DNA from: Squalus acanthias
Taxonomy: Eukaryota
NCBI GenBank assembly: GCA_030390025.1
Contig: CM059432.1
Location: forward strand, 75,580,001-75,644,000
Direction of reading: 5' to 3'
DNA length: 64,000 nucleotides
In this document: piece by piece, positions 13,190 through 25,954 of the stretch
How positions within the stretch are numbered: position 1 is the first letter of the stretch
Layout of the letters: the number at the start of each line of letters is the position of its first letter
Translations under genes and position numbers: made by a program
Notes under the pieces: generated by a model
Seen by the model: the letters and a program-made list of their open reading frames with translations, nothing else
Told to the model about the DNA's origin: nothing
Databases searched by the model: none

Positions 13190-14372
13190 ATGGGGGCTCT
13201 ACTGGCGGTCCCCCTTGCTCTCGAGTATCTTCAGGAGAGGGAGCGGAGGCAGCGAAGAAGAGAAGATGCTCGCAGAGGGAGGAGGAGGGCCAGGAGGGCT
13301 TTCAACAGGAGGCCTAACCCATCTAAGGTCTTCTGAGAGCACTTCTCTTACCTTCACTTAAGCAAGGAGTAGTGTATTAGGAGGCTCAGCTTCACCAAGG
13401 AGATGGTCACAGAACTGTCACTTCCTGCAACCAGAACTGCAGCCTGAGAGCAGGGCGACCACGGCACTCCCAGTGGCCCTCAAGGTCACCATGGCTCTCA
13501 ATTTCTTCACCAGCGGATCCTTCCAGTCTGCAGCAGGAGACATATCTAACATCTCCCAGTTCGCCATCCATTGCTACATCTGGGAGGTCACTGAGGCTCT
13601 CTACACCAAGAGAAGGGACTGCATTGTCTTCTCTCTGAACAGATAGAAGTAGGAGGAGCGCGCATGTGACTTTGCCAGGACAGTGGGCTTCCCCATGGTG
13701 CAGGATGCCATTGACTGCACCTGCGTGACTTTGCGGGCACCGCCTACCAATCCTGAGATGTTCCGTAACCGTAAAGGCTACCACTCACTTAATGTGCAGT
13801 TGTTGTGCGACCACGCCCATCGCATCATGTTGGTGAATGCCCTGTATCCTGGCAGCAGTCATGATGCCTTCACCCTGTTTTAGTCCAGTGTGCCAGCAAT
13901 CTTCCAGCCACCACATCAAACATGAGGGTGGCTGTTTGGAGACAAGGGCAATCCGCTCTACACCTGACTGATGACTCTCCTCTGCAACCCCACCACTCCT
14001 GCCCAGCACTCATATAATGACAGCCATGCTGCCACCAGGAACGTCATCGAGCAGACGATCGAGCTGCTGAAGCAACGGTTCCTTTGCAATGCCTACTTCG
14101 GAGAACACCTCCAGTACTTGTCGGATCAGGTGTTCCATTTTGTGGTGGTCTGCTGCATGCTTCACAACTTGGCCATCATGAGAGCACAGCCCTTGCCACC
14201 AGGGATTGCGGGTCCACCTCAGGAGGAGGACGAGGGAGAGGAGGAGGAAGAAGAGGAAGAGAAAGAGGAAAAGGATGAAGAAGAGGATGAGGAGGAAGGG
14301 AGGAGGCAGGCAGCAGATCCCAGTTCTGGATGGGCTGTCCATGAAAGCCTCATCAGACTCCGATTCCAGTGA
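13190..14372 (+). pseudogene. Harbinger transposase remnant
   Basis: Motifs GFPMVQDAIDCT, NRKGYHSLNVQL.CD, YPGSSHDAF, IEQTIELLKQRF and CCMLHNLA, plus poly-E. Multiple stops and frameshifts. Confidence 0.9.
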
Positions 14373-16059
14373 ATGAAACCCCAGATCCCCGTTGTTCACC
14401 ACATCCCCATCATACCAGCCCTCTGTCATGGAACATCACAGTGTCTTCCTGGGCACAAAGTTGAATTAATCAACTTTACAATATGAACTAACCACCTTTG
14501 TGCAATCCCTTAATGCCTGTCGTTCGTGTGCCATTTCCTACTCTGGTGCTCCTACACAGTGCTCCCCCAGTGGCTGCAGCATGGCTAGTGGAAGGCTGCT
14601 GAGATTCCATTTGAGACTACAGATGGACTTGCAGGACAACCTCGACCAGCTCTGGACCTAGAAGACCCGGCTGTAGACTGCACCACCTCAGCATGGGCGG
14701 CAGCAGTCTGGGCTGGCTGGCTGAGAGGCAGTGGCAAGGGCAATGGCGGAGTGCCAGTGGTGAGAGTAGGAATGCTGTCACCTTAGAGAGGACAGCAGGT
14801 TCTTGCTCTACAGATCTACTGCCGCTCCACCGAGGCACGCCTCAGCATTCCTAGCAATCTGTTGGAGGACAGATTGCTAGACTGCTGTGACACCCTGCCT
14901 GCAAGACCCTTTTGACACTCGTAAGCCCAACCACAATGGCAGCAGTCTGAGTTTGGGTTGCAGCAAGCTGAGCCTGCAAGAGAGCAGTCTGCGCTTCCAA
15001 TGCAGCACTGAGACATTGGGCTGTTTCCATCTGTGCTGAAATGAAAGCCGTGACATCGCCCATCACACGCAGCATCATGGCTGGGTTAATGGAGGGAATA
15101 AAGACAGTAGAGAGAAAGGATCTTGGCTCAGAAATACAAAATGTAGAATCAGTTTGGGTGGAGCTAAGAAACAACAAGGGGCAGAAAACACTAGTGGGAG
15201 TAGTCTAAAGGCCCCCTAACAGTGGTTGTAGTGTCGGGCAGAGTACAATTCAGAAATTAGAGATGCATGTAACAAGGGTAATATGGTAATCATGGGGATT
15301 AACTTTCATATAGACTGGGCAAACCAAATTTGCATAAATAGTGCAGCGGAAGAATTCATGGAATGCATTCAAGATAGTTTTCTCGATCAGTATGTCAAGG
15401 AACCTATGAGGGAATTGGCTATTTTAGATCTAGTACTGTGCAATGAGACAGGGTTAATTAATAACCTTGTAGTAAAGGAGCCTCTGGGGAGCAGTGATCA
15501 TAATATGATAGAATTTTATGTTGAGTTTGAGAGTGAATTAGTTAAATCCAAAACTAGAGTCCTAAATCTGAACAAAGCAAACTACATAGGTATGAGAGGC
15601 AAGTTGGGTAAGGTAGGTTGGGAAACTAGATTAAAAAATATGGCAGTAGAAAAGCAATGTTAAACATTTAAAGAAATAATTCATAATTCGCAACAAATAT
15701 ACATTCCCTTAAGGAATAAAAACACCATGGGAAAAATGGTCCGACCGTGGCTAACAAGCGAAATTAAACATAGCATTAGATTAAAGGAAGAGGCTTATAA
15801 TTTTGCCAAAAACAGTAGTAAGCCTGAGGATTGGGAGGATTTTAGAATTCAGCAAAGGAGGAACAAGAAATTGATAAAGAAAGGGAAAATAGAATATGAG
15901 AGTAAACTAGCGAGAGACATAAAAACAGACTGTAAAAGCTTCTGTAGATATGTAAAAAGGAAAATAATAGTGCAAGTAAACATGGGTCCCTTACAGGCTG
16001 AGACAGGAGAAATTATAATGGGGAATAAGGAAATGGCAGAGAAATTAAACAAATACTTT

Positions 16060-17953
16060 GGCTGGAATTTTGCCAGTGCTCAGAGGGCGGGTTTGGAAGT
16101 GGGTTCGCTGTCAAAATAGCAAAGATTGACAGCGGGTAGGAAACCCGTTGTCAACCCACCTCTATGCGAGTCTCCCAGGTGTCAGGTCTGTCAGTGGAGA
16201 ACTGACCCGACACCAAGTGGCGGGGGAGACAATTGAGCTCATTAAATGGCTTGTTAAGAGCCAATTTAATGGTATTTTGAGGCTTCCTTCCAATTTTACG
16301 TGCTCCCCCACGGGTTGCCCGCTGCTCAGGGAACATGCCAGCTCACCCTGGCATGAGTTGAGTCTGCTCTGATGTATATGATAAGCTGACAGCTGCAGAA
16401 GTGGCGTAAAGGATGCCATGTTGCAGATGGTCAGTTTCAGAGTGTAGAAACTGTTGGTTACTGCATTTGTAATACATATAGAGATTTCTTTAGCTTGCAA
16501 GTATTTACAGCCAACTGTATGTCCAGTGCCACCTCACTGGAACAACCTCTCTCACCATTGTCAGATCGCTTCTGTCATCTCACCTGCAGCTGCCATCTAT
16601 TGCCATCCCTTGAAAAAATCAGACCTTGGTCCTCTGAATCCTTCCACAATCAGCCCCCACACCAACATCGCTAGGCGCACCAACATCATCAACAACATCA
16701 CCAACCTTCTCCGCCATCACCTGATGCTGCACAGGACACAGAGCATCAGCCCCTGACAACATTGCTGCCTGGGAGGCCAGCGATGGCCTCACCATGGCCA
16801 GATTTACTTCACTTGACGCTGTAAGCCCTGGCTGCCACATGATGCGCAAGGTTGACACCATCCCACACCAGCACCGTAAAGCATCCCTTTAATGTCCAAG
16901 CCATTCCATGCGCACTCATCACTATAGCGGGGTGGGGGCGGGGGGCGGAGTTATGTCTCAACATTCACTGGAACTCAGTAAGATACTTCTCAAGGTATGC
17001 ACAGATCTGTCCAATAAGGGGCAGTGTTGAAAATATAGATTTCACTGTATGACAACACATTACCACAAATGTCACATGGACATTGGCTAAACCTCTAAGT
17101 GCCTACCCTTGTGTATTGTTAGTTGGTATGCTTGCAGAGGATGAGGGTGAGTGTGAGGGGTGGCTAGTGAGATGGGGAAGTGATAATGTAGATAGAGAGG
17201 CTTGGGTGGAGGTGCAAGGTAAGTTGGTGTGAGTAAGGATGTACAGGAGAAGGGTATGGAAAGCAGAGTGATGGGGATGTGTTGAGTGGCACAGCAGGGT
17301 GAGTTTGAGTGTGGCTTTGCAGTAACATTTCGTGATCCACTGAGATCATTGAAATAACAACAGAAAACGCTGGAAAAACTCAGCAGGCCAGGCAGCATCC
17401 GTAGAGAGAGAAAGAGAGTTGACGTTTCAGGTCGATGACCTTTCATCAAGATCATTGAAAGGTTGGTGCCACTGCAGCCAGGGACCCCTGACAACATCCC
17501 TGCTTTTGTCCTCCTGTGCAATGTGCAACCAGGCTGCGTTGGTGTCCTGGGGAGATTCTCTTCCACCCTTGGAAGGGAAGAGAATCTCCTTGCGTGTTGT
17601 GACTCCCTCCATAAGCATATGGAGGCAGTCATTGGAGAGCCTGGGTACAACCGTCCACCTTTGTGCAGTGCTTGTCAGTGTTTGGAGCACCTCAATGCTG
17701 TCAAACACTGACAGAACAACTGTCAAACTCAATGTGGCCATGGTCCCTTTAAGGAAACCAGCTGATGACGTGTCATCAAATGACGTCATCAGACTCGCTT
17801 CCTGTTAATTGGCCGGAAAGCCCGCAGGGCGGGCTTAACAAGGCCAATCAAAGGAAAATCCCTTTGACAGAGCGGCTGCATCCGGGAGCAGGACCAGAAC
17901 CCAGAAACCAGCTCTCCCGCCACCATTCCAACACCGCTGAGAAAATCCAGCCC
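16060..17953. mobile_element. Non-autonomous Harbinger deletion derivative (family C)
   Basis: TIRs are ggctggaattttg and gaaaatccagccc, with TSD TTT. Splits CR1 codons KYF/VSVFT. Myb exon 1 remnant on the minus strand. Homologous, inverted, to 57204-58999. Confidence 0.92.
17355..17448 (-). mobile_element. Short Penelope-like retroelement fragment with hammerhead-ribozyme-like core
   Basis: Flanked by the 12-bp direct repeat agatcattgaaa and absent from the sister copy at about 57700. The minus strand reads TGATGA-A-AGGTC-ATC-GACCT-GAAACGTC. Confidence 0.72.
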
Positions 17954-18050
17954 TTTGTGTCTGTCTTCACGGAAGGAGACACAAAAAACCTCCCGGAAAT
18001 AGTGGAGAACCAAGGCTTTAGCGAGAATGAGGAATTGAAAGAAATTAGTA

Positions 18051-18347
18051 CAGGTTGAGCGTCCTGAATCCGGCAACTTCGGGACTGAGGCCGAGCAGGT
18101 TTTCGTGTTTTTCCGGACTTCGGAACGTGTTTCTGATGTCCGAAGTCCGGAAATATCGCAACCTGGGCTCGGGCATGTCTGGACTTCGGACATCAGAAAC
18201 ACGTTCCGAGTCCGGAAATGCCTGGGCCCAGGTTGTGGTTTGACAGGGTGTCCGGATTCCAGAACATTTTACGGATTCCAGACGACTCTGCCACCAATCG
18301 TCCCAGAGTCCGGATTCCGGAACTCCGGATTTTGGACGCTCAACCTG
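18051..18347. mobile_element. Tc1/mariner-superfamily (pogo/Tigger-like) MITE
   Basis: TIRs are caggttgagcgtcc and ggacgctcaacctg, with a TA TSD. Has an internal ~40-bp inverted repeat and is CpG-rich. Confidence 0.9.
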
Positions 18348-19380
18348 TATTAGTAAAAAAATAGTACTGGAGAAATTAACGAGACTGAAAGCCAATAAAT
18401 CTCCTGGACCTGATGGCCTACATCCTAGGGTTTTGAAATAGTTGGCTATAGAGATAGTGGATGCATTGGTTGTCATCTTCCAAAATTCCATAGATTATAG
18501 AACGGTTCCTGTGGATTGGAAGATAGCAAATGTAACTGCACTATTTAAGAAAGGAGGGAGAGAGAAAACGGGGAACTACAGACCAGTTAGCCTGACATCA
18601 GCAGCAGGGAAAATGTTAGAATCTATTATTAAGGACGTGGTAACAGGGCACTTAGAAAATAATAATAGGATTGGGCAGAGTCAACATGGATTTATGAAAG
18701 GGAAATCGTGTTTGACGAATCTGTTAGAGTTTTTTGAGGTTGTAACTAGCAGAATAGATAAGGGGGAAGCAGTGGATGTGGTGTATTTGGATTTTCAGAA
18801 GGCATTCGATAAGATGCCACACAAGAGGTTATTAAACAAAATTAGGGCTCATGGGATTGGGGGTAATATACAAGCATGGATTGAGGATTGGTTAACGGAC
18901 AGAAAACAGAGAGTAGGAATAAATGGGTCATTCTTGGGTTGGCAGGCTGTAACTAGTGGGGTACCACAATGATCAGTGCTTGGGCCTCAGCTATTCACAA
19001 TCTATATCAATGATTTGGATGAGGAGACCAAATGTAATATATCCAAGTTTGCTGATGATACAAAGCTGGGTGGGAATGTAAGTTGTGAGGAGGATGCAAA
19101 GAGGCTTCAAGGGGATACAGACAAGCTAAGTGAGTGGGCAAGAACATGGCAAATGGAATATAATGTGGAGAAATGTGACGAAAAATAGAAAAGCAGAGTA
19201 TTTTTTAAATGGTGAGAGATTGGGAAATGTTGGTGTTCAGAGGGACCTGGGTGGCCTTGTACACAAATCACTGAAAGTTAACATGCAGGTACAGCAAGCA
19301 ATTAAGAAAGCAAATGGTATGTTGGCCTTTATTACAAGAGGATTTGAGTATAAGAGTAAAGACGTCTTACTGCAATTATA

Positions 19381-20212
19381 TCTGGACGACTTTCAGGCTT
19401 GGGCTGATAAGTGGCAGGTAACATTCGCGCCAGAGAAGTGCCAGGCAATGGCTATCTCCAACAAGCGAGAGTCTAACCACCTCCCCTTGACATTCAATGG
19501 CATTACCATCGCCAAATCTCCACTATCAACATCCTGGGGGTCACCATTAACCAGAAACTTAACTGGACCAGCCACATAAATACTGTGGCAACAAGAGCAG
19601 GTCAGAGGCTAGGTATTCTGCAGCGAGTGTCTCAACTCCTGACTCCCCAAAGCCTTTCCACTATCTACAAGGCACAAGGCACAAGTAAGGAGTGTGATGG
19701 GATACTCTCCACTTGCCTGGATGAGTGCAGCTCCAACAACACTCAAGAAGCTCGACACCATCCAGGACAAAGCAGCCCGCTTGATTGGCACCCCATCCAC
19801 CACCTTAAACATTCACTCCCTCCACCACCGGCGTACCGTGGCTGCAGTGTGTACCATCTACAAGATGCACTGCAGCAACTCGCCAAGGCTTCTTCGGCAG
19901 CACCTCCCAAACCCGTGACCTCTTCCATCTAGAAGGACAAGGGCAGCAGGCGCATGGGAACACCACCACCTCCAAGTTCCCCTCCAAGTCACACACCATC
20001 CTGACTTAGAAGTATATCACCGATCCTTCATCTTCGCTGGGTCAAAATCCTGGAACTCCCTACCTAACAGCACTGTGGGAGTACCATCACCACACGGACT
20101 GCAGCAGTTCAAGAAGGCAGCTCACCTCCATCTTCTCAAGGGCAACTAGGGATGGGCAATAAATGCTGGCCTTGCCAGTGATGCCCAGATCCCATAAACA
20201 AATTTAAAAAAA
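19381..20212 (+). mobile_element. 3' fragment of a distinct CR1/L2-group LINE
   Basis: Motifs WADKWQVTFAPEKCQ, YSPLAWMSAAPTTLKKLDTIQDKAARLI and SWNSLP. The 3' UTR gatgggcaataaatgctggcc is followed by an A-rich tail. A second copy is at 63546-64000. Confidence 0.85.
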
Positions 20213-21448
20213 GAATAGATAAGGGGGAAGCAGTGGATGTGGTGTATTTGGATTTTCAGAAGGCATTCGATAAGGTGCCACACAAGAGGTTATTAAACAA
20301 AATTAGGGCTCATGGGATTGTGGGTAATATACTAGCATGGATTGAGGATTGGTTAACGGACAGAAAACAGAGAATAGGAATAAACGGGTCATTTTCGGAT
20401 TGGCAGGCTGTAACTAGTGGGGTACCGCAAGGATCAGTGCTTGGGCCTCAGCTATTCATAACCTTTATCAATGATTTGGAAGAGGGTACCAAATGTAAGA
20501 TATCCAAGTTTGCTGATGATACAAAGCTAGGTGGGAATGTAAGTTGTGAGGAGGATGCAAAGTAGCTTCAAGGGAATATAGACAGGATAAGTGAGTGGGC
20601 AAGAACATGGCAAATGGAATATAATGTGGAGAAATGTGACGTTATCCACTTTGGTGGGAAAAATAGAAAAGCAGAGTATTTTTTAAATGGTGAGAGATTG
20701 GAAAATGTTGGTGTTCAGAGGGACCTGGGTGTCCTTGTACACGAATCACTGAAAGTTAACATGCAGGTACAGCAAGCAACTAGGAAAGCAAATGGTATGT
20801 TGGCCTTTATTACAAGAGGAATTGAGTATAGGAGTAAAGACGTCTTATTGCAATTTTATAGCGCCTTGGTGAGACCACACTTGGAGTATTGTGTACAGTT
20901 TTGGTCTCCTTACCTAAGGAAGGATATACTTGCCATAGAGGGAGTGCAACGAAGGTTCACCAGACTGATTCCTGGGATGGGGGGATTGTCCTATGAGGAG
21001 AGATTGAGTAGATTAGGCCTATATTCTCTAGAGTTTAGAAGAATGAGAGGTGATCTCATTGAAACATACAACATTCTTACAGGGCTTGACAGGGTAGATG
21101 CAGGGAGGATGTTTCCCCTGGCTGGGGAGTCTAGAACCAGGGGTCACAGTCTCAGAATAAGGGGTTGGCCATTTAGGACTGAGATGAGGAGAAATTTCTT
21201 CACTCAGAGGGTGGTGAATCTTTGGAATTCTATACCCCAGTCGGCTGTGGAGGCTCAGTCGTTGAGTATATTCAAGACAGACATCGATAGATTTTTGGAT
21301 GTTAAGGGAATCAAGGGATAATGGGATAGTTCAGGAAAGTGGAGTTGAGGTTGAAGATCAGCCATGATCTTATTGAATGGTGGAGCAGTCTTGAGGGGCC
21401 GAATGGCCTACTCCTGCTCCTATTTCTTATGTTCTTATGTTCTTATGT
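20213..21448 (+). mobile_element. 5'-truncated CR1 LINE
   Basis: ORFs 20233-20565 and 20614-21321, with a (TTCTTATG)n tail. Confidence 0.93.
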
Positions 21449-24400
21449 TATGGGTTGACAAAGTCTCTCATGGAGTTGTCCATCATTTGCAGCCTGGAAA
21501 TCCTGGACTCAAAGCTCTGCGCAAAGCCCCGTCCAACGTTGGAGCTGCTGCACAGGACGGGAGGATAAAGAGTGGGAGAGCTATAGTGATAGGGAATTCT
21601 ATTGTAAGGGGAATAGATAGGCGTTTCTGCGGCCACAAACGAGACTCCAGGATGGTATGTTGCCTCCCTGGTGCAAGGGTCAAGGATGTCTCGGAGCGGC
21701 TGCAGGCCATTCTGGAGGGGGAGGACGAACAGCCAGTTGTCGTGGTGCATATAGGTACCAACGATATAGGTAAAAAACGGGATGAGGTCCTAAAAGCTGA
21801 ATATAGGGAGTTAGGAGGTAAATTAAAAAATAGGACCTCAAAGGTAGTAATCTCAGGATTGCTACCAGTGCCACATGCTAGTCAGAGTAGAAATAGAAGG
21901 ATATTTCAGATGAATACGTGGCTAGAGGAATGGTGCAAGGGGGAGGGATTCAAATTCCTGGGACATTGGAACCGGTTCTGGGGGAGGTGGGACCAGTACA
22001 AACTGAACGGTTTGCACCTGGGCAGGACCGGGACCGATGTCCTAGGGGGAGTGTTTGCTAGTGCTGTTGGGGAGGGTTTAAACTAAAATGGCAGGGGGTT
22101 GGGAAACTGTGCAGGGAGACAGAGGAAAGGGAAGCAAGGATAGAAGCAAAAGACAGGAATGAGAAAAGCAAAAGTGGCAGTCAGAGAAATCAAGGGTGTA
22201 AATCAAACATGGCCACAGTAAATAATAATTCTAAAAGGTCTAAGAGTGTTAAAAAAACAAGCCTGAAGGCTTTGTGTCTTAATGCGAGGAGCATTCGTAA
22301 TAAGGTGGATGAATTAGCTGCGCAAATAGATGTAAACGGATATGATATAATTGGGATTACGGAGACATGGCTCCAGGGTGACCAAGGCTGGGAATTCAAC
22401 ATCCAGGGGTATTCAATATTCAGGAAAGACAGGCAAAAAGGAAAAGGAGGTGGGGTAGCATTGCTGGTTAAAGTGGAGATTAACACAATAGTAAGGAAGG
22501 ATATTAGCTGTGATGATGTGGAATCTGTATGGGTAGAGCTGAGAAATACCAAGGGGCAGAAAACGTTAGTGGGAGTTGCATACAGACCCCCAAACAGTAA
22601 TGCTGAGGTTGGGGATGGCATTAAATGGGAAATTAGAGATGCGTGCAATAAGGGCACAGCAGTTATCATGGGTGACTTTAATCTACATATAGATTGGGCT
22701 AACCAAATTAATAACAATACTGTGGAGGAGGAATTCCTGGAGTGTATATGGGATGGTTTCCTGGACCAATATGTCAAGGAACCAACTAGAGATCAGGCCA
22801 TCTTAGACTGGGTATTATGTAATGAGAAAGGTTTAATTAGCAATCTTGTTGTGCGAGGCCCCTTGGGGAGGAGCGATCACAATATGATAGAGTTCTTCAT
22901 TAAGATGGAGAGTGAAGTATTTGACTCAGAGACTTGAGTCCTGAATTTAAATGAAGGAAACTATGATGGTATGAGGCGTGAGTTGGCTAGGATGGATTGG
23001 GGAACGTTACTTAAGGGTTGACGGTGGATAGGCAATGGCAAACATTTAAAGATCGCATGGATGAACTACAGAATTTGTTCATCCCTGTTTGGCATAAAAA
23101 TAAAACAAAAAAGGTGACTCAACCGTGGCTAACAAGGGAAATTAGGGATAGCATAAGATCCAAGGAGAGGACATATAAATTGGCCAGAAAAAGTAGCAAA
23201 CCTGAGGATTGGGAGCAGTTTAGGATTCAGCAAAGGAGGACAAAGGGATTAATTAAGAGGGGGGAAATAGAGTATGAGAGTAAGCTTGCAGGGAACATAA
23301 AAACTGACTGTAAAAGCTTCTATAGATATGTGAAGAGAAAAAGATTGGTGAAGTCAAGGGTAGGTCCCTTGCAGTCAGAATCAGGGGAATTTATAATGGG
23401 GAACAAAGAAATGGCAGACTAATTCAATACATACTTTGGTTCTGTCTTCACAAAGGAGGACACAAATAACCTCCCAGAGATGTTGGGGAACATAGGGTCT
23501 AATGAGAGGGAGGAACTGAATGAAATCAGTATTTGTAGGGTAATGGTGTTAGGGAAATTGACGGGATTGAAGGCCGATAAATCCCCAGGGCCTGATAATC
23601 TACATCCCAGGGTACTTAAGGAAGTGGCCCTCGAAATAGTAGATGCATTGCTGGTCATCTTCCAAAATTCTATAGACTCTGGAACAGTTCCCATGGATTG
23701 GAGGGTAGCTAATGTAACCCCACTATTTAAAAAAGGTGGTAGAGAGAAAACAGGGAATTATAGACCGGTAAGCCTGACATCGGTCGTGGGGAAAATGCTA
23801 GAGTCCATTATAAAAGATGTAATAGCGGAGCACTTGGAAAACAGTGACAGGATCGGACAAAGTCAACATGGATTTACAAAAGGTAAATCATGCTTGACTA
23901 ATCTACTGGAATTTTTTGAGGATGTAACTGGTAGAATAGATAAGGGAGAACCAGTGGATGTGGTGTATTTGGACTTTCAGAAGGCTTTCGATAAGGTCCC
24001 GCATAAGAGATTAGCGTGCAAAGTTAAAGCACATGGGATTGGGGTAAGGTACTGACTTGGATAGAGAACTGGTTGGCAGACAGGAAGCAAAGAGTTGGAA
24101 TAAATGAGTCTTTTTCCGAGTGGCAGGCAGTGACTAGTGGGGTACCACAGGGATCAGTGTTAGGACCCCAGTTATTCACAATATATATAAATGATCTAGA
24201 CGAGGGAACTAGATGTAATATCTCCAAGTTTGCAGACGACACAAAGCTGGGTGGGCGTGTGTGCTGTGAGGAGGATGCAGAGAAACTCCAGTATGATTTG
24301 GACAGGTTGGGTGAGTGGGCAGATGCATGGCAGATGCAGTATAATGTGGATAAATGCGAGGTTATCCACTTTGGTGGCAAAAACAGGAAGACAGATTATT

Positions 24401-25168
24401 ATCTGAACGGCAATAGATTGGGAAAAGGGGAAGTGCAACGAGACCTGGGTGTCCTTGTCCACCAGTCGCTGAAGGTAAGCATGCAGGTGCAGCAGGCGGT
24501 TAAGAAGGCAAATGGTATGTTGGCCTTCATAGCAAGAGGATTCGAGTACAGGAGCAAGGTTGTCTTGCTGCAGTTGTACAGGGCCTTGGTGAGACCACAC
24601 CTTGAGTATTGTGTGCCGTTTTGGTCACCTTATCTGAGGAAGGATGTTCTTGCCATGGAGGGAGTGCAGCGAAGATTCACCAGACTGATACCTGGGATGG
24701 CAGGAATGACATATGAGGAGAGATTGGGTCGATTAGTCTTATATTCACTGGAGTTTAGAAGAATGAGAGGGGATCTCATTGAAACTTATAAAATTCTAAC
24801 AGGACTAGACAGACTAGATGCAGGAAGGATGTTCCCGATAGCAGGGGAGTCCAGAACCAGGGGTCACAGTCTAAGGATAAGGGGTAAGTCATTTAGGACT
24901 GAGATGAGGAGGAATTTCTTCACCCAGAGAGTGGTGAACCTGTGGAATTCTCTACCACAGAAGGCAGTTGAGGCCAATTCATTAAATATATTCAAGAAGG
25001 AGTTAGATATATTTCTTAATGCTAAAGGGATCAAAGGATATGGAGAGAAACCAGGGACAGGGTACTGAATTTGGATGATCAGCCATGATCTCATTAAATG
25101 GCGGAGCAGGCTCGAGGGGCCGAATGGCCTACTCCTGCTCCTATTTTTTATGTTTCTATGTTTCTATG
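21449..25168 (+). mobile_element. Near full-length CR1 LINE (SGNH-esterase ORF1 plus broken EN-RT ORF2)
   Basis: ORF1 has IVIGNSIVRG, CCLPGARV, HIGTNDIG and GLHL. ORF2 pieces at 22209, 23018, 23480 and 24073 have LNARS, ITETW, MGDFN, SDH and FADD. Tail is (TTTCTATG)n. Confidence 0.95.
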
Positions 25169-25379
25169 ACTCCTCCATGCCCCTTGACATTGACAAGAGG
25201 CTCTCTGGCAGGCTTGCCATTACACCTAGCATATCGGTGTGCATGGCCATCACCCTTCTTCTGATGGCCTCCCCCTCGAGGTCCTCATCTGTGTCATGTG
25301 TAGCAGAACTCATGTGCGAACTCGTCCTCCGGGCCATTTGACTGCACCCGATATTGGCCCACCTGTTGAGCGCTAAGCC

Positions 25380-25436
25380 AATCAGCAGCATGTTTAGTGC
25401 TGAGATCAGCAGCATGTTTAGTGCTGAGATCAGCAC
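25380..25436. repeat. 24-bp tandem duplication
   Basis: atcagcagcatgtttagtgctgag repeated about 2.3 times. Confidence 0.8.
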
Positions 25437-25954
25437 TGCAATCTTTATAATGAGCAGGCAGCATGAATTTTGTGTGCTGCCTGGACCACTTTCAACGGGT
25501 GCAGGCAAATAGTGCTGGCATTTGACACCACTCGTTTTCGGGCCTTATTCAATTTCTAGGCCAGGGACTTTACACATGGAATGAACTGTCAGGTAGAGTA
25601 ATGGAGGTGAAAGACTGGAATCAATTAAGACATTGTTGTATGTCAGAATAGGGGGATTGTAGTATATTTGTGGATAGATGAGCTAAGAAAATGCTGATAG
25701 GCCTTCTTTATCTGTATCCATCTTGTGACTAGAAACTCACTGAACTAGTCAATAATGCATTAAGTTGTCATAAAACTGATCCCAGTTGCTAAAGTAGTTG
25801 GAGCACTACAATTGCCTTAGTGTCCTTGACTTAGGAAGGAGGAAAAAAAAACAGCTAGGGTTCTTGCTCCTTTATGCTATCGAGTGTCTTTCTGGAAAGT
25901 GTATATGCAATGTAGAAATAGGGTGAGTACAGGAGCCTTGTCAATACTATCTGA

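Larger units (their letters stand above)
15086..19380 (+). mobile_element. CR1 LINE ORF2 (endonuclease to RT) with two nested DNA transposons
   Basis: ORFs 15283, 15727, 18442 and 18976 are collinear with CR1 ORF2. Interrupted at 16060-17953 and 18051-18347. Confidence 0.9.
12689..25562 (+). mobile_element. Decayed two-gene Harbinger (copy 2) split by ~10 kb of nested insertions
   Basis: Left TIR is agtctagaaatt and right TIR is aatttctaggcc. Transposase remnant at 13190-14372. Myb-gene remnants on the minus strand at about 14500-15085 and 25167-25340. Flanks are ATG and AGG (one mismatch). Confidence 0.7.

Noticed and set aside
21364..22086. Stand-alone SGNH hydrolase gene
   Set aside because: It is the ORF1 esterase domain of a CR1 LINE directly upstream of ORF2. 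The ORF start comes from the preceding CR1 tail.
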